A DNA stretch of 35,424 nucleotides from a virus (lineage: Duplodnaviria; Caudoviricetes). The position numbers and the translations under genes are program-made. Under the pieces are notes generated by a model, which saw only the letters and a list, made by a program, of their open reading frames with translations, was not told the origin of the DNA and searched no databases. Location of the stretch: the IMG/VR virus record IMGVR_UViG_3300020045_006383, positions 1-35,424 of that record; one strand, written 5' to 3'. How positions within the stretch are numbered: the stretch's first letter is position 1; the number at the start of each line of letters is the position of its first letter. This document shows, piece after piece, positions 9,670-17,203 of this stretch.

Positions 9670-10419
9670 ATGGCTATTGATGATAGTTACACCAAAGCGC
9701 TTTTACATTTTGATGGTGCAGACCTTTCGACAACTATAACGGACGAGTCCGGTAAAACATGGTCTAGGTTCAACAATGCCAAACTGACCACCAGTTACGT
9801 TGTCTTCGGCACGGCTGGTTTAAGACTTCCAACTTTTCCCGGTGATGATTATATAGACACGGCTGATCATGACGATTGGCATTTTGGTTCTGGCGACTTC
9901 ACCATAGACTTTTGGACTTACAGGTTTGTGGACGGTACTGACCCCTTCTGGATTTGCGGTCAACTCGGCTCTGTTCGTTTAACTGCTTCTGGTTCGTTTG
10001 CTATTCAGAAAATGCCCGATAACACAGTCAGATGCGCTTTTTATATTTCCGGTGGTACTGGTTGGAGAACAATCACATCAACTTCCACAATAGGTGGCGG
10101 GGCTTGGAAACACATAGCGATGGTTAAATACGGCGATACGATTACTTTGTACATCAATGGTGGATCTGAAGGATCATATACAGAGTCTGGAATGACTTTA
10201 CCGAATGATACAAATAGATTGTTTATAGGAAAAGGGGACAGTTACGTGCCGGGCGTGTCCTCTAATTATTACCCCGGTGCCATTGATGAGTTTAGAATTT
10301 CTAAAGGCATAGCCCGATGGACGACCACGTTTACACCCTCTCGTTATTCGTATTTGCCAAAGTCCGCAGTTGCTTCAACTTATGCCGGAAATATACACGG
10401 AAACGGTGATTTAGTATGA
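9670..10419 (+). CDS. LamG/concanavalin A-like lectin domain protein (candidate receptor-binding protein)
   Basis: AAGGAG RBS; LLHFDGAD.ST...DES, GDFTIDFW, WKHIAMVK.G.TITLYING, G.IDEFRISKGIARWT.TFTP. Confidence 0.85.
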   Translation: MAIDDSYTKALLHFDGADLSTTITDESGKTWSRFNNAKLTTSYVVFGTAGLRLPTFPGDDYIDTADHDDWHFGSGDFTIDFWTYRFVDGTDPFWICGQLGSVRLTASGSFAIQKMPDNTVRCAFYISGGTGWRTITSTSTIGGGAWKHIAMVKYGDTITLYINGGSEGSYTESGMTLPNDTNRLFIGKGDSYVPGVSSNYYPGAIDEFRISKGIARWTTTFTPSRYSYLPKSAVASTYAGNIHGNGDLV

Positions 10420-10898
10420 AAATTCTTAATGCACGTGACGCGGCAAAAGCTACCGGATATTCCGACGCAACCACCAGCAAGTGGCTTGTAGCTCATTCGC
10501 AAAATCTTTTCAATTCCAAACTGGTTCGTTTTCAATGCACAGGCGAATTGAGCAAGAAGTATTCAGTCTATGCCAGAGTCGACGCCGGTAGATGGTTGGC
10601 AGATTGTCCCATTTGCTCAAGGTCTAATTATGTGGACCCGGACGAGCCTGTCTTTTATTGTTTCGGGTGTGGCAATCAAGGAAGTGGGAAGTTTGTGCCA
10701 GTAATCTTCCCTGAAGAGCGGGAAGAAATAGAATCCCTGCTTCTTGCGCGCGCGGTCACGATTGAAGAGACCGACGACAACCTGATCAGTCAGGCGATCA
10801 ATGCAGTCCCTGTCATTGCTGGTCACGGTCGAGACTGGAATAACGAAATGTCCGTGGACGACCTTAAGCAAGCCAATAAAGAAAAGAAGGTGAAATAA
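10416..10898 (+). CDS. Cys-rich (putative Zn-binding) tail-region protein, paralog 2
   Basis: ARVDAGRWLADCPICSRSNYVDPDEPVFYCFGCGN ... RDWNNEMS. Confidence 0.7.
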   Translation: MKILNARDAAKATGYSDATTSKWLVAHSQNLFNSKLVRFQCTGELSKKYSVYARVDAGRWLADCPICSRSNYVDPDEPVFYCFGCGNQGSGKFVPVIFPEEREEIESLLLARAVTIEETDDNLISQAINAVPVIAGHGRDWNNEMSVDDLKQANKEKKVK

Positions 10899-11851
10899 TG
10901 GCTGATTATCCTGCCGCGATTACAAGTTTTGCTACACTGGTGGATTATGTGGACTTTGTTCTCGCGTCCCACCAAAACACACGCGCCGGCGAGATCGTTG
11001 CGATTGAGACCGCACTCGGCACCAATCCGCAGGGGAACGCGGCCAGCCTCAAAGCAAGGATCGCTCATTCGATTGACGATGATGGCTATCTGAACTTTGA
11101 CGACGCCACAGAGTTGACCATTGCCAGCGACGCGATCACGATCACCCAAAACGCGCATAAGTTACAGCCAGAGTCCAGCACCGCCGACGATCTGGCGACG
11201 ATCAGCGGAACGGCCGCTGGTGACTTTGGTGTTTTATACGTTTCCGACTTTGGCACAGACACGATCACATTCAAGCACAATACAGGCAATATCCTGTGTA
11301 TCGGTGGCAATGACATAGCTCTGAGTTATGGGGCGGTCGCATGGTATTCAAACGGGACAAAGGTGTTTGTTGTTGGAAACAGTCCTCAAACTATTACAAC
11401 CCTTTTGAGCACCGCTCTGCCTGAGAATGTTTCCATTATTTTAGATGCCGCATTGTCGGCAGATGGGAAGTATTCTGGAATAACAGAAGCTGGCACCGCC
11501 GGCGCAACCTTGGCATTTGGCGATCTGGTTTATCTGGCAGTTGCCGACTCCCGCTGGGAATTGGTTGACGCAGACGCCGCGGCCACCGCCTTCGGGAAAA
11601 TAGGTATCTGTGTTCTTGCGGCCGCTGGTGACGGAAGCGCCACATTAATTCTTTTATACGGCAAAGTCCGGGCAGATGCGGTATTCCCTGCGCTCACGAT
11701 AGGAGCCCCGGTGTATGCAGGCACAACCGCCGGAGATATTGTTACCACCGCCCCCAGTGGGTCCGCTGACATTGTCCGAATTGTTGGCTATGGAAACACG
11801 GCGGATGAATTGTTTTTCTGTCCTTCCGTGAATTATCTTGAGCTTACTTAA
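10898..11851 (+). CDS. Virion structural protein (tail-fibre/decoration-like)
   Basis: MADYPAAITSF and EIVAIETALG N-terminus typical of fibre attachment modules; Ala/Gly/Thr-rich C-terminal domain with AG..LAFGDLVY...W...DAD. Confidence 0.6.
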   Translation: MADYPAAITSFATLVDYVDFVLASHQNTRAGEIVAIETALGTNPQGNAASLKARIAHSIDDDGYLNFDDATELTIASDAITITQNAHKLQPESSTADDLATISGTAAGDFGVLYVSDFGTDTITFKHNTGNILCIGGNDIALSYGAVAWYSNGTKVFVVGNSPQTITTLLSTALPENVSIILDAALSADGKYSGITEAGTAGATLAFGDLVYLAVADSRWELVDADAAATAFGKIGICVLAAAGDGSATLILLYGKVRADAVFPALTIGAPVYAGTTAGDIVTTAPSGSADIVRIVGYGNTADELFFCPSVNYLELT

Positions 11852-12585
11852 TGACAATCACCAACTCGTCGCTTACCAGTAGTTATGACAATGTGGACCG
11901 CACGTCATATACCACCGCGTCTGTTTCACCGACGGCAAATAGGTTGTTATTACTGGCTGTTTATACACGTATTGGAGCAAGCGCTGTAGCCCCCACCAGC
12001 GTAACAGGCAACGGTTTGACATGGGTGAAAGTTAATGACGTGGGTTCTACCACCGCGAACCTTTCAGTTTGGAGAGCTTTAGGAGCCACCCCGTCGGCTG
12101 GCACTATTGTTATAGACTTCAACGGTGTTACACAGACCGGTTGTGCTTGGGAGTTGAGTCAGTTTACGAACATGAATGTAACCGGCACGAATGGAAGCGC
12201 TTCTATTGTTCAAAGCGTGGCTACTTCTTTTGGTGCCGCAACCAGCGCCTCGGTTGCTCTCGCCGCGTTTGGAAATGCGAATAACGCCACTTATGGAGCG
12301 TTCGGCAAAGCCACGAATGAAGCGATCACAAACGGGTCAGGATTTACAACCATCGCAAATCCGTTTGGGGCCACCCCGGTAGCGTCCATGCTTACAGAGT
12401 TCAGATCTGATAATGATACGGGTGTAGACGCTTCTTGGGTTACGTCTGTTGCCAGTTTGGGAATTGGCATTGAGATCAAGTCGGTTGTTATCTCGAAAAT
12501 TGACGGTCAATTGACTTCTGCGATCTCAAAAATTAATGGTCAAGCAATTGCCAGTATCAGCAAGGTTGATGGAGTGGCAGTATAA
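11851..12585 (+). CDS. Ser/Thr-rich virion protein with three C-terminal ISK(I/V)(D/N)G repeats
   Basis: TAATG overlap; ISKIDGQLTSA-ISKINGQAIAS-ISKVDGVAV 11-aa repeats. Confidence 0.6.
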   Translation: MTITNSSLTSSYDNVDRTSYTTASVSPTANRLLLLAVYTRIGASAVAPTSVTGNGLTWVKVNDVGSTTANLSVWRALGATPSAGTIVIDFNGVTQTGCAWELSQFTNMNVTGTNGSASIVQSVATSFGAATSASVALAAFGNANNATYGAFGKATNEAITNGSGFTTIANPFGATPVASMLTEFRSDNDTGVDASWVTSVASLGIGIEIKSVVISKIDGQLTSAISKINGQAIASISKVDGVAV

Positions 12586-12628
12586 TAATGTTTATCACAC
12601 CTGTGATCAGGTGTAAAAGGAGAATAAT

Positions 12629-13003
12629 ATGGCTACAGCAGTAAAAATTCTGGAAGTAAAGCAGGATCGCATTTTCGGTCTCGTGAAAGATAATCAGTGT
12701 CAGATTGTCTGGACCGGCTTCGACGCGCTGGATCTGGCTAAGAAAGCGGATCTAAAAAACCTGTTATCCGCCGTCATTACTATCGCTGACTTCATCCAAA
12801 AGGAAAGCGGTGAGCGCTGGAAGGCTAAGCACAATCTTGTCCTCCCATATATGTGGAAATATATGACCAAGTACAACTTTGGTTTTAGCCTCTATAACGG
12901 GTATTACTCCGTTCCTTATTTCATGATCGTTTCTGATCGTGAAACCCAGCCAATGGTTAAGCTCGGACTGTTTGAAGCTCTCTTGAAAGAGTTGACCAAG
13001 TAG
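12629..13003 (+). CDS. Hypothetical protein (first gene of the lysis-position cluster)
   Basis: AAGGAG RBS, 124 aa, no recognised motif. Confidence 0.7.
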   Translation: MATAVKILEVKQDRIFGLVKDNQCQIVWTGFDALDLAKKADLKNLLSAVITIADFIQKESGERWKAKHNLVLPYMWKYMTKYNFGFSLYNGYYSVPYFMIVSDRETQPMVKLGLFEALLKELTK

Positions 13004-13006
13004 CCT

Positions 13007-13300
13007 ATGTTTACCGGTAGCCGTGTTCCGATTGTGGATTATCTTTTAGACCCGCTTTTCATAGCGCTGGTGCTTTACATTGCCGCGTTCATCAAAGTCT
13101 ACAAGAAGCAATATGAGCACGGTCTCACTCGTTTTATCGGCGGACTCTGGTTTACTTATGTCTGGTTCAACCCGCATGTGGATACGATCACGCTTAGAGT
13201 TATGGGTCGTTGGTTATTTGCCCTGCCGTTCTTTACCGAGATACTGTCCATAATATTCAGGACCATCCCGCACAACAGGCAGAGTAAATATGACAAATGA
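13007..13300 (+). CDS. Small multi-pass membrane protein
   Basis: Two to three hydrophobic segments; tightly packed in the operon. Confidence 0.6.
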   Translation: MFTGSRVPIVDYLLDPLFIALVLYIAAFIKVYKKQYEHGLTRFIGGLWFTYVWFNPHVDTITLRVMGRWLFALPFFTEILSIIFRTIPHNRQSKYDK

Positions 13301-13595
13301 GCAGATGATCTTTATCGGAACACTCTTGACCATTCTGGCAACGTACCTTACCAATCGCGCCAGTGGTCTTAATCAGACGATCAATACCCTGTCCGAAACC
13401 ATTGTCACTCTGCGTGGAGAGATAAACGCAGAAAGGACTGCGCGTCAGGATGCCGAAGAAGAGTACCAAAAAAAACTCCGAGAAATGTCCAATAAATTTG
13501 AAGACGAGCGCAATCGCTACCGGCGCTATATTACCCAGCTGATCAAGCAGTTGAATGACAATAAAATCGTCCCCTATGAGTGGGACGTAGATTAA
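13290..13595 (+). CDS. Membrane-anchored coiled-coil protein (holin/lysis accessory-like)
   Basis: One N-terminal TM helix followed by a charged coiled coil; lysis position. Confidence 0.6.
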   Translation: MTNEQMIFIGTLLTILATYLTNRASGLNQTINTLSETIVTLRGEINAERTARQDAEEEYQKKLREMSNKFEDERNRYRRYITQLIKQLNDNKIVPYEWDVD

Positions 13596-13611
13596 TATAA
13601 GGAGAAATAAA

Positions 13612-14004
13612 ATGAAATCACGTACCAGAATGTTTGTGTTTTTGTCCGTAATTGTGCTCGCTTTGCTGGCTGTTACCCCTGCACTTGCCTTTCAGGGTGA
13701 GACTCAGCCTCCGACCATCGAACAGTTCCCATTACTGGAGCAGTTGCTGGTGGCTGGGATCGGTTTTGTTGTTGCCCTTGGGATCAAGTCCATTGCTCTT
13801 GAGTTCGGGATTGACTTGAAGGATAAAGCCATGTCCCTGACCGGCACGCTTTCCATTGCCGCGATTGCCTTTGTTAATCAACTATTGGCGAAAGTCCCGC
13901 CCGAGTATTATGGTGTAACGGTCTCTGTGCTGGGTTTGCTTGTCTCGATCCTGATGGCTTTCGGCTTTGCCGGGTTGGTCAAGAAACTTCAGAAAAGAGT
14001 GTAA
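13612..14004 (+). CDS. Putative holin-like membrane protein
   Basis: AAGGAG RBS; signal-peptide-like N-terminus (..ALA-FQ), about 3 TM helices and a basic tail KKLQKRV; last gene before the terminator. Confidence 0.55.
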   Translation: MKSRTRMFVFLSVIVLALLAVTPALAFQGETQPPTIEQFPLLEQLLVAGIGFVVALGIKSIALEFGIDLKDKAMSLTGTLSIAAIAFVNQLLAKVPPEYYGVTVSVLGLLVSILMAFGFAGLVKKLQKRV

Positions 14005-14009
14005 AAACG

Positions 14010-14042
14010 AAAAGAGCCGGATCTGGCAGATCCGGCTCTTTT
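14010..14042. terminator. Bidirectional intrinsic terminator
   Basis: Perfect 15-bp inverted repeat AAAAGAGCCGGATCT-ggc-AGATCCGGCTCTTTT just after the late operon. Confidence 0.9.
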
Positions 14043-14239
14043 AACTTGGACAATGTAGACAGGTACTACTCTCGCCTCGCTGTCTAGTGTCAACTTAATT
14101 ATAGCGTGTTTTGGGTGAATTATCAGGCTCATTCCGTGAACACTCCGGAGTATTCAGGTAGCCTTCGGAGCACTTAAACTACTCTATACTATATTAAACT
14201 TCTTTTAACTCATTAACCGTGTTGATCTAAAATTCGGTA

Positions 14240-14268
14240 TTGACAGTTGATTTGATCCGTTGTATATT
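14240..14268 (+). promoter_or_regulatory. sigma70-type promoter
   Basis: TTGACA (14240-14245), 17-bp spacer, TATATT (14263-14268). Confidence 0.75.
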
Positions 14269-14273
14269 AAGCG

Positions 14274-14379
14274 TGGCGGTGTTGGGTGCCCCCCTCACCC
14301 TACCCCGCCATTTTCCTCGATACCCTATTTTTTTTGATAGAAATGCCCGAGCCTCGCATAGCTTGGGCATTTCGCTTTT
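14274..14379 (+). ncRNA. Candidate ~105-nt small RNA or attenuated leader
   Basis: Starts just after the promoter; hairpin TGGCGG..GGGTG-CCCCCCT-CACCC..CCGCCA; ends in the terminator-like stem GAAATGCCCGAGC/GCTTGGGCATTTC plus GCTTTT; no ORF. Confidence 0.5.
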
Positions 14380-14615
14380 AAGTTGTTTCCTGATCTAGTT
14401 GTAGTTGAAGTAGGCGGTCAGTGTAGACCCCGAATCAACCAGACATACAGTTACCCGACTCTTGCTGGTAAAGCCGTGGTGAAAAGCACCGAATTAAAAA
14501 AGCATGTAGGCAAATGAAGGCATTGAAACTGTCATAGTTGCCATATCACCAATCCCGACGTAGCCCGTACACGCAGTAGGTCCCTGTCTGGCAATGAAAC
14601 GAAAACCAAAGCACG

Positions 14616-14712
14616 AACCTTGCAGTTACCTTAAAGAACCCTGAACCCCTTGACTTTGGTATACACACCTGATAAAATCCCACTATCAAATCAAATAGGA
14701 GCAGATCATGAA
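14616..14712 (+). repeat. 97-bp direct repeat, copy 1 (promoter + RBS + ATG unit)
   Basis: 89/97 identical to 20470-20566; TTGACT (14650)-17-TAAAAT (14673) with extended TG, AGGAG RBS, ATG at 14708. Confidence 0.95.
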
Positions 14713-15316
14713 CGAAGAAATTGTTCAAGCAATTATGGCTACCGTAAGAGAGTCAACCAAAGACTCCGGCTTAACCGACGCCGCGCTTGAGAAAGTTGAA
14801 GCCGGTGTAAGGTCCTATGTTTCAGTTCGTTGTTTTTCCATTTTGGAAGATTGGGACGTTCTGGATCGCGCATCTTCTCTCGGCATCCCTATGAGCAGAA
14901 AAGAAGCCCTGTCTATACTGGGATACATCGAAGAAAAGCAGGATTTTAATCGCGGCATTACGTTCGAGGAATTGGAGTCGAAGATCGAAGACTGGTACGA
15001 CAAACAGGCGTGGATGCACAAGACTATTTCAGAGTTGAGAGAGTACGAAACAGCCACGTACATCATGCGCGCCGGAAGCGAAGACGAAGGCGAGTACCGG
15101 GTTCTATTCGATGTCATGCTTGACTTCGCGGCTTTCCAAGCCAGTGAATGGTTTGCGAATTTTGGAAACACGGTCACAGTAGTTTGTGTCCCGTATGGCG
15201 AACACCAAGACCTTGATCTAGACACCGAGTTCAAATCTAAAATGGGGCGTGAATGGATCACCCAGCTATTCAAAGATAGCAAGGAAATATTCGAGTTCAA
15301 GGAAAATCCATCATGA
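14708..15316 (+). CDS. Hypothetical acidic early protein
   Basis: Has its own promoter and AGGAG RBS; 202 aa. Confidence 0.75.
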   Translation: MNEEIVQAIMATVRESTKDSGLTDAALEKVEAGVRSYVSVRCFSILEDWDVLDRASSLGIPMSRKEALSILGYIEEKQDFNRGITFEELESKIEDWYDKQAWMHKTISELREYETATYIMRAGSEDEGEYRVLFDVMLDFAAFQASEWFANFGNTVTVVCVPYGEHQDLDLDTEFKSKMGREWITQLFKDSKEIFEFKENPS

Positions 15317-15408
15317 ATCCGGCTATTCTGGTTTGTATTCCGTCCTGTATATTTCTCGTAGTTGTTATTACGATCTTGGCTATGTTGGCAGAGATCAAGG
15401 AGCATTAG
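15313..15408 (+). CDS. 31-aa single-TM peptide (MNPAILVCIPSCIFLVVVITILAMLAEIKEH)
   Basis: ATGA overlap with the upstream gene, fills the gap to the next ATG at 15410; below the ORF-track cutoff. Confidence 0.6.
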   Translation: MNPAILVCIPSCIFLVVVITILAMLAEIKEH

Positions 15409-15409
15409 T

Positions 15410-16126
15410 ATGGAAAGTAGTTTTGTCCAAGGTGTCCCGCGTGGTTGTGGAAATCGCAAGCAAGGCGGTGTGTATGCGGAGTGTGGAAGTTCAAGAGAGG
15501 GTAAGCCTGTTGAGAGTTTCCTGCTTTGCCCTCCGATCCCGGTTGATCCAAAAGAGTTTGGAATTACCGCAGTCGGCGTCAAGTTGATCGAGGGTATGGT
15601 TTGGGACTGGGTCGGCTCCCAGTATTACCAGAACGTCACAGACTTCATCGAAGAAGTCCGCAGGTTTGGCATGAGCCGACGTTTGCCAAAGACGTTTGAT
15701 TTTCAGTCCCTGATCCCCACGTCAAGAATGTTCCTGCTTCACTCTCGCGCACATATCGAGAACCCTACCCCATATCATTCCAGTCGTTTGGGCGGTAAGG
15801 TGTTTGATATGAAGTGGGATTGGTGCCCTACAGGTCGCCACGATCACACCGAGAAGGGTATGTGTGCCGGTTTGTGGTGGGAAGATATTGTGAAGGATGG
15901 TCTCACGCTCAATGACGATCAAGAGCGCGTCGGTGTGGTTGACATGCCGGCATTCAGTTATCTGGCGGCTGAGACCCCGATAGAGAATGCAGAGCACACT
16001 CTGGCAATCTTCGCATCCTTCCCCATTCAACGTCTGGCGGTTATCCGCGCAGAAGACGGATCTCACAACGAGACGGCTGATCGAGCGTCAGCGTCCGCTA
16101 TTCCAGTCGAGGTGGTAGATGAGTAA
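15410..16126 (+). CDS. Hypothetical phage protein (RGCG.RK.GG.Y motif, Cys/His-containing)
   Basis: AAGGAG RBS before ATG at 15410. Confidence 0.7.
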   Translation: MESSFVQGVPRGCGNRKQGGVYAECGSSREGKPVESFLLCPPIPVDPKEFGITAVGVKLIEGMVWDWVGSQYYQNVTDFIEEVRRFGMSRRLPKTFDFQSLIPTSRMFLLHSRAHIENPTPYHSSRLGGKVFDMKWDWCPTGRHDHTEKGMCAGLWWEDIVKDGLTLNDDQERVGVVDMPAFSYLAAETPIENAEHTLAIFASFPIQRLAVIRAEDGSHNETADRASASAIPVEVVDE

Positions 16127-16659
16127 GACAAAACAGTTACCCAGCTTGTTTCCCGATGTAGTCCCAGTAGATACCGCGCTGGATGTCGAAGTGGATTTGA
16201 TCTACGTAAATGATTACGTTGTTGATCCCACACCTGAATTTATTGAAAGCGTCCGGCGCTTCGGTATCATTCAGCCGGTATTGCTGGTGCGTGATGGTGG
16301 CAAAGCCTTTAAGGTTCTGGCTGGGCGTCGCAGAGTCTTATCCGCCAAAGCGCTCGGTATGGTCACGATCAAAGCGATTGTCCGCGAAGGTCTGTCTTAC
16401 GCAGATGCGCGCGCAAGCGCCTTGACCATCGAAGCGCAGAAGCAGTTCAATGAAAACCCGGTCGCAGAATTACGGGCGATCCAGTCCCTGATAAAAGACG
16501 GCTATCAAAAAGAAGAGATCATGTCAGCGCTGGGATTGTCCAGTGAGCGTATTGATAAGCTCTTGAAACTTGGCTCATTGCCGGAAGACATGCTGGACGC
16601 GGTCCAGAGTCGGAAGTTGGGCGGCTCTCGCTCAACACAATCACGAAAGGAAAATAATC

Positions 16660-16881
16660 ATGTTGTATTTCATCAAAGGCGATAGCCCCGCAAATTGGGG
16701 AGCAATGAAATTGAAGTTGACCAAAGGCGCGTCACCATCTGCCGTCATTGCTGGCATGGAAAAAGACGGTTGGAAATGCGTCACAGTTTCCGCGTTCAAT
16801 GCGTGGCGTAAGCAGAACAGCCGCCCAACATTGCATGCACCCGACGCCGCTAATGCTGCGGATGAATTGGCATTATTCTAA
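16660..16881 (+). CDS. Cassette-borne hypothetical protein (73 aa)
   Basis: AAAGGA RBS, ATG at 16660 (MLYFIKGDSPANWGAMK...); reads into the attC (RPTLHAPDAA) and stops in its central loop. Confidence 0.75.
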   Translation: MLYFIKGDSPANWGAMKLKLTKGASPSAVIAGMEKDGWKCVTVSAFNAWRKQNSRPTLHAPDAANAADELALF

Positions 16882-16908
16882 AAATCGCGGCGCGGGTAAT
16901 GCCCGCCG
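16823..16908 (+). other. attC recombination site (92 bp in the circular cassette form)
   Basis: R'' GCCCAAC (16823-16829); left arm GCAT[G]CACCCG[A]CGCCGC pairs with right arm GCGGCG-CGGGTA-ATGC, leaving two extrahelical bases; inner stem TAATGC/GCATTA; terminal G at 16908. AGCCGCCCAAC is the perfect reverse complement of GTTGGGCGGCT at 16616-16626. Confidence 0.88.
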
Positions 16909-17203
16909 GTAGCCATGTCCACGGCTCAGACGCTGTCAAAGATGTCGGAGCCGTATCAAAAGAAAGCCATTAAACATTTTGAGCAGGCAGGCAAGTTGAC
17001 CGGCACAGACCTTTCCGAGATCAAGACCGCGCAAAAGAAATCGTCCGTTCAGGATGTGATGAAGGCGATGGAAGTCAGCAAGTCCCACGCTCCCACCTTA
17101 TCCGATCAGGTTGCGCAGTTGTACAAGAACGACACCAAGAGCGACTCTGGTTATGATAGCGGCTGGAACGATGCGCTTAAAGAAGTCCTTAAACTTCTAT
17201 CTT

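Larger units (their letters stand above)
16617..16908 (+). mobile_element. Solitary integron-type gene cassette (292 bp) inserted at a secondary G^GT site
   Basis: Left junction G^TTGGGC fits the GTTRRRY core; promoterless ORF with RBS; 3' attC with RYYYAAC; precise removal restores parB. Confidence 0.88.

Noticed and set aside
14005-14707. CRISPR array or tRNA in the large intergenic region
   Set aside because: No regularly spaced repeats and no cloverleaf with a T-loop consensus were found here or elsewhere in the window.
16570-16659. Upstream extension of the cassette ORF (103-aa call)
   Set aside because: It crosses the cassette boundary into parB sequence; the RBS-supported start is ATG at 16660.
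16617-16908. Insert in parB as an intron, intein, IS or MITE
   Set aside because: 292 bp breaks the frame (not an intein); there is no group I/II core, transposase, terminal inverted repeat pair at both ends or target duplication. The attC architecture explains both junctions.
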